From NCBI RefSeq assembly GCF_009914755.1, contig NC_060926.1: a stretch of 64,000 nt of DNA; one strand, given 5' to 3'. Every line of letters begins with the position of its first letter. Position 1 is the first letter of the stretch. This DNA is from the human T2T-CHM13v2.0 reference genome, Homo sapiens. Positions 42,359-59,710 of the stretch are shown here, piece by piece. The notes beneath the pieces are model-generated. The model worked only from the letters and a program-made list of their open reading frames with translations, was not told the origin of the DNA and searched no databases. A program made the position numbers and the translations under genes.

Positions 42359-42658
42359 GGCCAGGCATGGTGGCTCACTCCTATAATCCCAGCACTTTGA
42401 GAGGCTGAGGTAGGAGGAATGCTTGAGGCCAGGAGTTAAAGGCTACCCTAGGCAACACAGAGAGATATTGTCTCTACAGAAAAAAAAAAAAGTTGGCTGG
42501 ATACAGTGGCATATGCCTGTAATCTCAACTACTAGGGAGGTTGAGGTGGGAGGATCACTTGATATCAAGAGTCTGAGGCTTCCATGAGCTATGGTCACAC
42601 CATTGCACTCCAGCCTGGACAACAGAGCAAGACCTTGTCTCAGAAAAGAAAAAAAAAA
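42359..42658 (+). mobile_element. Alu (AluJ-like)
   Basis: GGCCAGGCATGGTGGCTCAC..GGAGGAATGCTTGAGGCCAGGAG; poly(A). Confidence 0.94.
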
Positions 42659-45600
42659 TCTGCCATGTCTATGTTGGTAAATGACATGTCTCTGTCAGCC
42701 AGTTCTATCTGGAAAAATGAATCCAAAGTCTAAGCATGTCTCACCATCTCTCCCACTCCCAGCTTAATTTAAGTCACCATCTTTTGCCTGGATTAATCCA
42801 TTTTTCATTTAACCTGTCTCCTGCTTGCCTGTATCAATTATTCCATCCACTCATATATACACCACTCTCTCCACTTAGTGGCCACATATCCATTTTAAAA
42901 GGAAATTATGTTACTTTTCTATTAAAATCCCCAAATAGCTCCCCGGTTTTTTTTGTTTTTGTTTTTGTTTTTTTCAGAATAAAAGTAAAAACTCATACAA
43001 AGCTTGTAAGGCCCTTCATGACCCACCCTCAGCCGCATTTGTGACCTACTCTTTCCCCTGCTGACTCCACTTGAACATGACTTTCTTGCTCAATTCTTTG
43101 CACTTTTCGTTTCCTCTGCTTGGACCATGTTTTCCTTCATATATCGATATGGCTCTCTTTCCCCATTACTTTCAGCTTTCTTCTAAAACTCCACAGTCAA
43201 TGAAGCCTTCCTTGCCCACTGTGTATAGAAGAGGAAATATTTTCATCTGATTGCCTGGTGGTACATACCATCACTTGACATAATAGAAATACATTTATTT
43301 GATTTTTTTGAATTCCCCCTCTACCACTAGGATTTAAGCTCCTTGAGGTCAAGAACTTCATGATTCTGCTCTCTGCTATGTTTACTAGTTCCTAGAATAG
43401 TGTCTGGCACACAGTAGGTGCCCAATAAATATAAATAAATAACTAATATTCTTTTAAAAACCCCAAATTAAAAAATAAGTTATAAAGCTGCGATTTCAAC
43501 TGCATTAAAGAAAACAAAAGCACAACACTGCAAAACAATCATTTAAGCAAAAAGCTTCTCTTTAAATTGGTATTTTATAAAGGAAGTCTAAAATTACAAC
43601 TATTTCTATTAATTCCTAAAATAAGACAAAAATACTTAATAAAGAACCAGAGTTATCAAAGTTAAGTTTTCTGATAGGTATCTAGATCCCTTAGAAAAAA
43701 TATTTAGCATGAAAAAACAAGCAACCCCTTATTACTGCCAAGTTTTAAAAACAAAAAAGCAATTCAGTCTCTATCTCATGTCTACTCCTTATATCTACAA
43801 ACTTAAAGTCAATAGAAAAATCATATTTGAGAACTGGTAAAAAATCTTTTCTAAATTAAAACTCTAAATTAATAGTAGCATTGAAAATAAACACCGACCC
43901 TTTTGCTCAGAACTTAAATCAGTTTGCCTTCCAGAAACAAGTCATCAGTGATAAAATCAGACAGTGGACCTGAAAGCAGCAGCCCGTATGACACTAGTTT
44001 GTTTTGAAAAGCAAGCCCATTGCCTTATCCTAGACTTGAACTCAGAGTGCTGTCTCTCATCCCCATCGGGGCACAGAGCTTCATCATCTCACAAGAGAAA
44101 GGAAAATGCAAAAAAGCAGGTGGCCCAGGGGATGACAACCAGTAAGGAAAGATGAAGCCAAGACAAAATTCACCCTATGAAACTGCCAAATGATGCAGTA
44201 AACCTATCTCCCATGAAAGGAACTGTAACAATAAGATGACCTTAGTCACTAGGTTAGGAAGGTAAGAAAAAAAAGCCTTTAGATTGCAAGAAAATTGATA
44301 AAAAGGGAACAGCTTAATTTTTTTCATGAGAAAACAGACACACATCCTAACCCTCTTGACTAAACAATTAACATTTTTAGGTGACCTAGAAATAAAGTAT
44401 AATGTAAGGACTTATGTAAAGTCATTAGGTACAAATAACTCTCTGGAAAACATTTTTAAAATGCTCCAACACAAGGCATCAGGTAGTCATGACCTTGCTC
44501 TGCTCTCATCCAATTATGACAAACTGTTTAATATGAAAGCTATATTGAGACACCTAAATCCCCTAAACTCCTTGAAAAAAAAAGATGAATTTCAAAGTGG
44601 TAATTATCACTTATTCATAACTTGACAACAGTGTAAGCATCCCCCAAGTAGACAATCCAAGATTAAAATATAGGTATAATTCAACATTAATATGCAACTG
44701 ACTTGGTTCTCAGTCCTTTGGTAACTTCCCAATTCATACTCTAGAGTACAGACCTTTTTAGCACGCCAGTTTGCAATGAACCAGCAATGTAAAACAGAAT
44801 GGCCAACTGTTCCTCTGTTGGTAACAAATGTGCTAATATATACTAGTTTAAACTTGATCTATCAGTGAGTCAATGAACCGTGAAGGGTGGGGGTTAATCA
44901 GGGTGTTCTCCAAACAAAGGCTCATGAGAGCGGCAGGGACGCCACTCCCAGACTCACATCTGTGCTGTTTTGAGTGCAGCATGATGGAAATGGCATGGTG
45001 TTCATCAAAGTTAAGAGCCCAGAACCTTGTCATACTCTTGTGTATATTCACCACTATTTTACACAGAAAAGCAACCAAGTTGTTGCAAAGATAAAACCCA
45101 AACACAGGAAATAGAAACCTCAGTTAACCACAAGTCTCAAGAGCTATTAATATTAAACTATGCCCAGTTAATGTGTAACAGTGATGGTAAAAGCCTTTCC
45201 TACATAAGATTTGACAACTTTCCAGTAGAGGTCTGAGTTAGAGATATTTTATATTGGCAATTTATATTAAAATGCATCAATTTCACCTTATTATCCACAA
45301 AAGCTTATAGATGCAGATCTTTACATACACAGATGAAAATAATTTTAATGCCGTAAGTCAAAGTAAAAACAAAGCCATGTAACTTCTAAATTTACATGCA
45401 GCCCAGCAATGTAAACATATCTCTGTTTCTAATAGCTAAAACTGACTGAACAGTAATTAGCAGAATCACCTGCTGCCGGAATAATCACCTCAATACTTCA
45501 GAATTTAAATGATAAAAGAGCTAAGACTATTTAAATAGAGAGCAAGAGAACAGCGAAGAAGAAAAATTCAGCCAAATGTGTCATCCATATATCTTTATCA

Positions 45601-46119
45601 TTTTTTATCCTGATATAATGAATTTTTACTCATTTTAGAAGATGCTATAGAGTAGACCTATTTAACTATATCACTTTTCCTAATTAAAAATCCAGACTAA
45701 AAAGAGATATACGTAACTGGCTTTAGGAAATTCTTTTTCCCTACTCTACATAGAAGTCAACCACAAAATTAGTTAAAATAATTAGCATTTAAATACAATT
45801 AACCTCATAAAAAATCCAATTCAAATGATAGTTGTATATTTAATCCTTCATGAACTAGAAAATTATAAAATTATTAGAGAACACTTTTATGAATATGTTT
45901 TACCTTAATGATTTTATCAATTAAAAAGCTTTTTCAAAGTATCCTTTCTGGATCATATGTAAGTAATTAGGTGTGGCTTTTAAGATAAATTTTTAGTTAT
46001 TTGCAGGGCCTCCAAAAAAAATAATTTTTAGCATTCCAAGAACATATGTTCCATTATAAAGAGTCGTGAAAAGACTTGTGTACTATATGTTGAAGACCAA
46101 TTAGAGAGTTTAAAATTTT

Positions 46120-47685
46120 TAATTAAAAATAAACTGTATATTTATCATGTACATCATGTTGTTTTGAAATATATATACATTGTGAAATGGCTAAATTGAG
46201 CCAATTTACATATGCATTATCTCACATACTTATCATTTTGTGGTATGAACAGAAAATCTACTCTTAACAATTTTCAAGTATACTTTATAATTAACTATAC
46301 TCACCATGGTATACAATAGACCTCTTGAACTTCTTCCTCCTATCTAACTGAAATCCTGTATCCCGTGACCAACATCTCCTTGATCCCTCAGCCTATCGCA
46401 TACCCCTGGTCACTACCATTCTATTCTACTTCCTTGAGTTCAACTTTTAAAATTCCACATATAGGAAAGATCATGTGGTATTTTTCTTTTGGTGGCTGGC
46501 TTATTACACTCAGCTAATGTCCTCCAGGTTCAACCACGTTGTGGCAAATGACAGGATTTCCTTCTCTTCAAAGGCTGAATGGTATCCCATTGTGTATACA
46601 CACCATATTTTCTTTATCACTTGTCCATTGATAGATACTCAGATTGATCCCTTATCTTGGCTATTGGGAACAATGCTGCAATAATCACTAAAATACAGTT
46701 CTCTTCAATATACTGATTTCCTTTGGATATATTCCCAGTCGTGGAATTGCTGGATCATATGGTAGTTCTACTTTAAACTGTTTGAGGAACCTCCATTCTC
46801 TTTTCCATCACAGCTATACTAATTTACACTGTCACTAACAGTGGGCTAGAGTTCCTTTTTCTCCACACCCCACCAATACTTATCTTTTATCTTTCTGATA
46901 ACAGCCATTCTAACAAGTGTGAGGCGATATCTCACTGTGGTTTTAATTTGCATTTCCCTGATTGTTAGTGATGCTGAGTATTTTTTCATGTTGTCCATTG
47001 GTATGTCTTCTTTCGAGAAATGTCTATTCAGATCCTTTGCTCATTTTTTATTCATGTTATTTGTTTTCTTGCTATTGAGTTGTTGCAGTTCTTTATATAC
47101 CTTGGATATTAACCCTCTGTCAGATGTGTGGCTTAGAAATATTTTCTCCCATTCCATAGGTTGTCTCTTCACTCAACTGACTGTTCCCTTTGCTGTGAAG
47201 AGCTTTTGGGTTTGATGTAATCCAACGTACCTATTTTTGCTTTTGTTGCCTGTTCAAGTTCACATCTTAAAAATGATTGCCAGACTTAAATATAAATATT
47301 TCTATTGGTGTATCCTTTCTACCATATTAAGAACTGTGGCTCCCAACAACAAGGCATCTGCCCATTTGCCCAATTGTATGATGTATAAAAACTACTTTCA
47401 GAAAAGTGGCAGCCAAACCACTAAGAAAAGTAAACTTGCTGAAATGAGTTCAAGATTTATTGGCAGCTCTTTTTTTGGCCCCTAGACTGAAAGTATATAT
47501 TTCAAGTACTGTGTTCAAAAGTTACTTGGGTTAGCTTTTTCCACCTTTCATAATAGTAATATTATTGCCAGACCAATGGCATGAAGTATTCAACGTCATG
47601 AAGCTTTACGCCTATGTTTTCTTTCTAGGAAGAAAGGATACACAAGTAAAAATCTTCATATTTAAGTCTTTAATTCATTTTGTTC
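46120..47685 (-). mobile_element. L1MA-type element (3' UTR plus ORF2 end) interrupted by an inverted templated insert
   Basis: Antisense L1 motifs GTTTTAATTTGCATTTCCCTGAT, TTTCGAGAAATGTCTATTCAGATC; L1 resumes after 47566. Confidence 0.88.
47308..47566. repeat. Inverted repeat arm A (partner 49566-49824)
   Basis: Hand alignment: 259 bp, 8 mismatches, no gaps; the same peptide appears in ORFs 47237-47485(+) and 49647-49886(-). Confidence 0.97.
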
Positions 47686-47951
47686 CAGTCTATCTGGGAC
47701 AAAGATGGACTTTTCAATAACTTGTTTTGGGACAACTGGGTAACAACTATTTGGGAAAAAATAGGATCAATACCTTCTACCATACAAAAAATAAACTCCA
47801 AATGGACTAGAGATCTAAAATTCAACTATGCAAGTACTAGAAGAAAACATGGGTGAATTTATCTGTAAGTTGAGTGTAAAGAAAGTCTTACTACAATGCA
47901 AAAGCCAGAGCCAATAAAGAAAAAGTGTGTAAATTTAACTCCACAAAAGGT

Positions 47952-48251
47952 ATGTATGTATGTATGTATTTAGAGAAATGGTCTCACTCTGTTGCCTAGG
48001 CTGGAGTGCAATGGCACAATCACTGCTCACTGCAGCCTTGACCTCCCCAGGCTCATGTGACCAGCCCGAGTAACTGGGACTACTGGTGCATGCTACCACA
48101 CCCAGCTAATTTTTTTTTTTTTCTTTTTTGGTAGAGAGAGGTTTTTCCCATGTTGCCCAGGCTGGTCTGTCCAGTTCCTGGGCGCAAATGATTCAACCAC
48201 CTTGACCTCCCATAGTGCTGAGATTACAGGAATGAGCCACTGCACCTGGCC
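47952..48251 (-). mobile_element. Alu (AluJ-like) with (TATG)n tail
   Basis: GGTCTCACTCTGTTGCCTAGGCTGG..GCAGCCTTGACCTCC. Confidence 0.92.
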
Positions 48252-48262
48252 CATAATGGTTT

Positions 48263-48570
48263 TGTTTATATATTTATTTAATTTTGAGACAGAGTCTCAC
48301 TCTGTTGCCCACTCTGGAGTGCAGTGGCACGATCTTGACTCACTGCAACCTCCACCTGCTGGGTTCAAGTGATTCTCATGCCTCAGCCTCCTGAGTAGCT
48401 GGGATCACAAGCATGTGCCACCAAGCCCAGCTAATGTTCTTCTATTTTTAGTAGAGACAGGGTTTCACTGTGTTGGTCAGGCTGGTCTGGAACTCCTGGC
48501 CTTAAATGAGCTGCCCACCTCAGCCTTCCAAAGTGCTGGAATTACAGGTGTGAGCCACTGCACCTGGGCC
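48263..48570 (-). mobile_element. Alu (AluS/J-like)
   Basis: GAGACAGAGTCTCACTCTG..CACCTGGGCC. Confidence 0.93.
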
Positions 48571-49565
48571 CATAAAAGGTTTTAATTAAAAACTTTTCAT
48601 GAAAAAAAAATCGTTATAAGAGAAAAGTTATATATTGGGAGAAAAATATTTGTAACATATCAAATAAAATGGCTAATATTCCTGAAATATAAAGAACTTG
48701 TCAGAATTGAGGAGGAAAAAAAACCAAAAGTATTATGGAATATGGGAAAATAATATGAAGATAATTCACAAGATATTAAGAATAGCCCTGAGACTAGCCG
48801 AACTTGAAAAGATGCTGAACTTTAATGTATTAAAACTATATTGATATACCATTGTTTACCTATCGCATTGGAAAAATTCTAAAACATAAAAGTACTTAAA
48901 ACATACAATCTGTTGGTGAGGCTTTGAAGTAATGGACGCTGTTATACGTTGCTGGTAAATATTTTAAAAATGATATAAACCCCATGGAAAGGAATTTATC
49001 AATATCTAACAAAACTACACATGTGCTTAACCTTTAACCCAGAAATCTATGTCTAGAAATTTACCAAGGTACGATATGCACAAAGTTTACTGCAGCATTA
49101 TTAGTAATTGCAGATACTAGAAACAGTCAAAATGTCCACACATGGGGAAGTGAATAAAATATGGTACAGACAACACAATGAAGTCTTATACAGCTATTAA
49201 AAAATATAAGGAAGCTCTCTGTGACACGATATGGAGTGATTTCCAGTATATGCTGTTAAGTTTAAAAGGAAAGTGGCAAAGTACATACTGAACGTTACTT
49301 TCTGTGTAAAAAAGTATAAAAATTTAAAAAACATACATATATGAGGTAACTTTTCAAATAGGAATATAAGTAAGATAAACTAGAAACCAGTGCAATCGGT
49401 TACCTATAAGGGGTAAGAGAGATGAGGTGGAAATGATACAGGAAGGAGTGTTTTCTTCTTTTGGAAACATGTTAATGTCCTACATATTAAATATATATAA
49501 TGAAATTAATGAAGATAGAGAGAAAAAAACTGAATATAGAAACAAAGCCAACTGTATTTCAAGTA

Positions 49566-49824
49566 AATAATATTACTATTATGAAAGGTGGAAAAAGCTA
49601 ACCCAAATAATTTTTGAACACAATACTTGAAATATATACTTTCAGTCTAGGGGCCAAAAAAAGAGCTGCCAATAAATCTTGAACTCATTTCAGCAAGTTT
49701 ATTTTTCTTAGTGGTTTGGCTGCCACTTTTCTCAAAGTAGTTTTTATACATCATACGATTGGGCAAATGGGCACATGCCTTGTTGTTGGGAGCCACAGTT
49801 CTTAATATGGAAGAAAGGATACAC
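49566..49824. repeat. Inverted repeat arm B (likely donor, within L1MC 3' UTR)
   Basis: Reverse complement of 47308-47566. Confidence 0.97.
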
Positions 49825-50794
49825 AAATACAAAGGAGAGACACAGGGAAGAATCTTGTAGGATTGGATAGATCCTAGCAAGATCAATATAAACTTATGAT
49901 TTCTAATAAATATGTCCTAACTCCGTCAGCTACAAGAGTCTACAAGGTATGACCTCCTAACCACTAGGAGTATATTTAGCTCCCAGATGTTGGTTTCCCA
50001 ATACTGTTCCCCACCAAAATAAACAAGAGTTTCTTAGAGAAATGGCTGATTCCTGGGCTGGGGCAAGGAAGGTGTGAGATAAACCTAGAATATTCTGTTG
50101 TGCCGAAAAGTGAGATGTGCCAAATTGATGGAAACAGGTTGAAAAGCCACATTAGAGAGTTTTAAGAAGTTTCTTAAAATGTCTTCACCTCTATATCTCA
50201 AAGGAAACTCAATTTCAACTTGTATAAAGGGAAGACTTCTTTATCTTTCTCCCTCCCTACACCTTCTCCTTTATTTCAGTTCCAAGCACTTACATCCACC
50301 AGTACAAGAAATCTGAATCATCTTTCTCTTTCTCTCTCTTGACTCAGCTGATTTAATGTTATAAACATTTTAAATGTTTCTCTCATCTCCTGGGTCTGAC
50401 AGCTCTAAAATTGCCAGATCAATTTCAACTGTTACTTACAGACATGTTAGCAACATGAGAATGGTATCAACTATATAACTAATATGAGCAAAGTTTATTG
50501 TTTTAACCAGAAGTCAAATATAGAGCAGTATTTTAGAACCAGCCCTCAAACACAGAGAACACAGATTACATAAGTATTAACTATAAAATATTTTATTGGC
50601 ACCTATCACTTTTTGAGTATTTATATATTTGACGCCCAGTTACATATACAACCAAGGTAGGCATCATAAGGATAGCACAATCTGAATGGCATATCAAAGA
50701 CAGCAACTAATATGCTTCACTGGATTTAAAATTAGATTCTCTCTGCAGCAACATTACAGGCTATGGAGTACGCCTCCTAACTTTTCAAGTGTCA

Positions 50795-51330
50795 GGAGAG
50801 CATGGTGGGTTAAGAACATGGACTGTGGGGACAGACTGCCTGAGTTTGAATCCCAATTTCACAACTTTATAGCTGCATGACCTTATCTGTAAAATGTAAT
50901 CATAGTTTCTTGTCTCAGGGATGTTGTGAAAATTAACATCTGTTGGTAATGTGAAACACAGTACATTCCATGACACACCAAGAAATCATGATGATGATGA
51001 TGACGGTGATAATGATGAATTCTATTAGTATAATGGCAATCTCTCTCACCCTCTCCTCTGGAAAGACAATGCTTAATCTTGGTCTCAAAGGGCTAAAGAG
51101 TTTGGGGCTATGGATTCTATAGAAGCTCAATACATACCTGGAGAGCTATACAATAATAGTAAGAGTTACCCTTTATTGAGTACCTGCTGCTTTGCATACA
51201 TTACACATTTAAGCATCTCAGTAACCTAGCTAGATTGGCATTATCAACTTCCCTTTACAGATAGGAGACCATAGAAGACATAAAGACCCCAAGTAAGTGG
51301 TAAAGCTAGGGACCAAACCCAGATTATCCA
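50795..51330. mobile_element. MIR fragments and short (ATG)n repeat
   Basis: GGTTAAGAACATGGACT..CCTGAGTTTGAATCCC; CCCTTTACAGATAGGAGAC; (ATG)n near 50988-51018. Confidence 0.65.
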
Positions 51331-54300
51331 TATAAAAATTCTATCAGTCACAATGACTAATTGATTAATCTGAATGATGTGTTTTCCATTCAAGTAAAAA
51401 GAGATAAATAGAGGACCCATCCATGCTATCTAGCGTGATCATCCTTCCCACATATCTGGTGGGACAAGGATAAGTAAGTCACCTCATTTCTGACAGATTT
51501 ACTAATATCCGTGGTAAACAGTTTAAAGAGCTTCAAAATAAACATTTGTGGAGTTAGGACTTGAAAGTCTTTTGATTCTGTATGTACTGCAAAATGAAAA
51601 TTTTTATTTTTGAAAAGATAGACAATTCAGAAGTATATAAAGAATTCCATCATTTCCTTTTGGAAAAAAAAAAAAAACTAAAACACCACTGGTAAAAGTT
51701 GGGCATTAGACTGCCTAGAGCTTACCTATTCTGCTCCAAACTTGGAGAACAGGAAAGTTCTGTTCCCTTAGATTTCAAAGGACCCTCTCTTTTGCCAATA
51801 TAAAGGGTTCACAGCTTGATGGCTTTCCTTGCTAACCAAATTTATCAGTTTCTCATCTACAAATCCCTCAACCTGCATAGCCCATTGATGGACTCCTTTC
51901 CAGTGTTGCGACATTTTTAATATACTTGACAATAATATACTTAGTCCCAAATACACAGCATAGTCAGTTATACCCTGCCTTTCCAGAAAACACTACTAAA
52001 AAAAAAAAAAAAAGAATGTATTTTTGAATCAGAAGGCCTGGATAGGAATCTTGTTCTACCACTTTATAAGCACCTTACCCAAAGCAAGTCAACCAATCTC
52101 TCAGAGTGCTGATTCCTTAGCCATCTGTGAGGATTAAAAAATATTGACCACAATAAAAGTGCTGTGATAAGGATTAAATGAGTTGGTTTATAACAGAAGC
52201 AACTAGAATAATGCCTACCACATAATAGATAAGGAGAATACTCAGTTCACTTCACCAACATTTACTGAGCTATGCAGTGTGCCAAGTGTTAGAAATAAAA
52301 AATAAAATTTATTGAACACTTATTATATGTGAAACTCTGTTTCAAGTACTTACTAATCTCTGTGCTAAGAAGAGTTACAGTCTTCTTACAGTAGAAGTAT
52401 CCCCTTTGTGAGCCCACAGTTAGCATTAAGTGATGATGTTTTCTATCAGAGTATCAGCAGTGCCAGGAACATATAAAAGAGTAAGTGCCTGGTTTGCTCA
52501 GGTACAGTTAGTTTTGCAGAGGATCACCTGGTTTGTATCAGACCTTGAACTTCAAACCAGATTTCACTAGGCAAACAAGAGATGGGGGGCATTCTAGACA
52601 GAGGGAAGTCCCTAGCTCTGTCACGTAATTAGCAAGTGGGAAGGCAATGACACAAAAGAGAACACAGCTTGGCATCAGATGCTATGAAGGGCCCAGGAAC
52701 CTGACCACACACACAGGCTTCGCCTTTGCCTATCTCTGCTCCTTCCACTGAAAAAATAACAAAGGTGTGAAACTAGTAAAAACAGAAAGTGAACTTCTTC
52801 AAAATATATAATTTTACACCTAATGTATTTTTTTCAAAAAATATAGTAAAAAACGGTGCTTTTGCTTTAAAGATGATCGACAAGGAGAAAAAAATGGTTG
52901 ATTTGAAAACTATTACCAGAATGCTTCAGCACATAGCTGCTGCAAATATCCATCTACCTGCCTCAAACAACAAATATATTCATACACAATTATAACAAAA
53001 TTCCTGGAGTTACATATAATATCTGTATAAATACCACACAATTTTATTATCATTAATGATAGTCTAATGAATGCTGGGGGCTTAATGATTTGTTGCCTAA
53101 TTTAAAGTATTATGTATTTCCTATTTATTCATACTGTGAGAGTAGAACTTTATTACTTTTTACATCATTTATTTTCAGTGACAGAAGTTATTAAGTGATA
53201 ATCCATTATACTCTCATCTAAGGATTGAGTCAATGTTTTATCTAATTCTGTAGATTTACAGAATTTGTGTTTTGCTTAGGAAACCCTGCTAAACATAAAG
53301 CCTGGTAATCTGTCACAAATCAGTGTGTTTATATGTGTTTTTAAAATTCCTTTAACAAAAAGAAATGTCTGCCATTTTTTTTTTCATAGTGCACACCCAA
53401 TTCAGGCCAAGACATTTGAGAAATCTCAATAATAGCAACAGTCATGAGGAAACTTTTTTAAGTATTGAGAAATTATGAATGCTGACCCTACGGGTTGCCC
53501 TGCTTCAAGAGTTTGGAGTTCTGAATCATCATGATTAGAAAAGAACACTAGAGCGGGACAACTTTCAAACAAGATGATATGGATACTTTCTAGCAGGTGT
53601 ATGAAGTCCTTGTTTTTACAGTAGAGTCTAAATCTACTATAAATCTAAACACAGTAAATAAAGTATACTTAATAGGTATTGTAGAGTAACTGATGACCTG
53701 CTAGAATGACACATCAGTTAAGGGTTCCTGCTCCAGATTCAGACATGTACAGATTTATTCCCAGCTCCTCCTCTACCATCTACCGGTTGTTTAACCTTGT
53801 TAACTGATTTTTACATTATGTAAGCCTTAGTTTTTTCATTTATAAACTAAGAGATGATAATGATAATAAAATTCACTTAATTATACTATTTTCTAAGTCA
53901 TGCATTGTTTTCATTCTTCAAACCTCACAGCAAAACTCATAATTTTATTTCCCTTCTTACATGAAAACATATTTGTAGTTCTTGATGCTATTATTATGAA
54001 GATTTAATGAGATAATTCATAAAAGTTGCTATCAAAAAATGGAACCTACTAAATGCTTAATAAACATCAGCTATTATCATTAGGATTTACATTTTTATAA
54101 TAATGACTTTAGTAAAGGAAGACATGTTAACTTATTTAACAGCATGAAAACAATTCAACATTTTACTGAAAATGTTTAGAGAATCTTCAATTAGCATTTT
54201 GAATATAATCACATAAGATCTGACAAAGTTTATCTAAATTGTTTCTCCGAAGAAGTTTTGTTACACAAAGCACAGTCAAAAGGGCTTCTTCCTAGCAAAA

Positions 54301-55479
54301 GAATTTGAAATATATCAGAAATAAGATGACAATGAATATACTTCTTAACTCTTATTCTCAGGATACTCTGTCAATGACTAAAGCAGAAATATAATTTTCT
54401 TGTATAAGACACCAATTACTTGTTTTTAGTATAATTATGACCAATTACATGTAAAAATATAACCCTCTCTTAGAATAAAAATGCCACCAGGGCCCGTGAG
54501 AAGCCCTAGGGAAGACTGCCTGATGTTACTTATCCCAAGTATAAATAGAATGAATCACTTCTGAAGAGCTAATTGCTTTTAGCTGAAAGGGTAGAGGTTA
54601 TGAGCTAGGGCTGTTGATGGACAAAGAGAAACACTGCAGGAACCTTTGCCATGTCTGTCAACCTTTTCCAAGCATCCCATAAACCAGTCATACAGTAAAA
54701 CTCTTGGAAAATAAGTGAGAATTTTACATGAATCAGGAATGGGTATTGCTTAACTTTTAATAATATTTAATAAGAATATAGCATGTTCTGTCACCTATAA
54801 TTAATCCCTGGAAAGGTTTCTTTGGTTAAGTGTGGCATTCAGGGTTCTACATAAGTTCATTCAATCAAACTGTGCTGATGAGATCTTGGCTGTCCATGGT
54901 ACTTGGTCCTGGCAACACATTAGAATCCCTGGAGAGACTTTTAAAGAAAGCCCATGCCTGGAACCCACTGAGACTTATTTTATCAGAACCTCTCAATCCT
55001 CGGACTCAGGAATAAGTCCTAAGAAGGATGAAATTCTAAAAAGTGATATTCATGTGTACATATGTCATAACATAAATGCTATCCTTTTTTAATAGCACCC
55101 TATTTATATTTTCAATTTCTCTTTTTTGATCATTTTTCACATACTTATTTGACATTCTCTGCTTGCTTTATTATGTGGAGGTCTTGGCAGTCTAATGATA
55201 GTTTGTTATGTCTGCAGACTCCTACAGTGAATTTTTCCCACCACTACTTACTAGAGTAGAAAGGGTTCAAATCTCAAACTAACATGCTATCAGTCCAAGA
55301 TAAATAGTAGTTTTTCCTATTCTTTTATTGAGCAAATTTTACATAATACCTATGTTTTCATACATTTATATTTTCAGTTACAATTCTGATAAAATTAGGA
55401 GTTTGGTTTAAAAAGATTTTCTTTTGTTAACAATCCTTTAAAGACTTAACCAGTGCCACTAGTCTTTCAGAATTTAATA

Positions 55480-59330
<3,851 letters not shown>

Positions 59331-59406
59331 AACTACATGGACCTGCAATTGAAAGAAGATTCTTAAAGAAAAAACTTCTTGAGATATTAGTTTTAAGAGA
59401 AGTGCC

Positions 59407-59710
59407 AGCCAGGTGCGGTGGCTAACACCTGTAATCCCAGCACTTTGGGAGGCCAAGGTGGGCAGATTGCCTGAGCTCAGGAGTTCAAGACCAGCCTGGC
59501 CAACATGGCGAAACCCCATCTCTACTAAGTAATACAAAAATTAGCCAGGCGTAGTGGCGGGTGCCTGTAATCCCAGCTACTCGGGAGGCTGAGGCAGGGA
59601 GAATTGCTCAAACCCGGGAGGCAAAGGGTGCAGTGAGCCAAGATCACGCCACTGTACTCCAGCCAGGGTGACAGAGTGAGACTCCATTTAAAAATAAAAA
59701 ATAAACAAAA
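59407..59710 (+). mobile_element. Alu (AluS-like)
   Basis: Full dimer; TSD-like AAGTGCC. Confidence 0.96.

Larger units (their letters stand above)
47690..50150 (+). mobile_element. L1MC-like ORF2 end and 3' UTR, interrupted by two Alus
   Basis: CTTTTCAATAAC..GGGACAACTGG; 3' end motif AGAGAAATGGCTGATTCCTGGGCTGGGGCAAGG. Confidence 0.75.

Noticed and set aside
47237-49886. Two ORFs with near-identical peptides suggesting a duplicated small gene
   Set aside because: A by-product of the inverted duplication of L1-derived sequence; different starts and no sign of a gene structure
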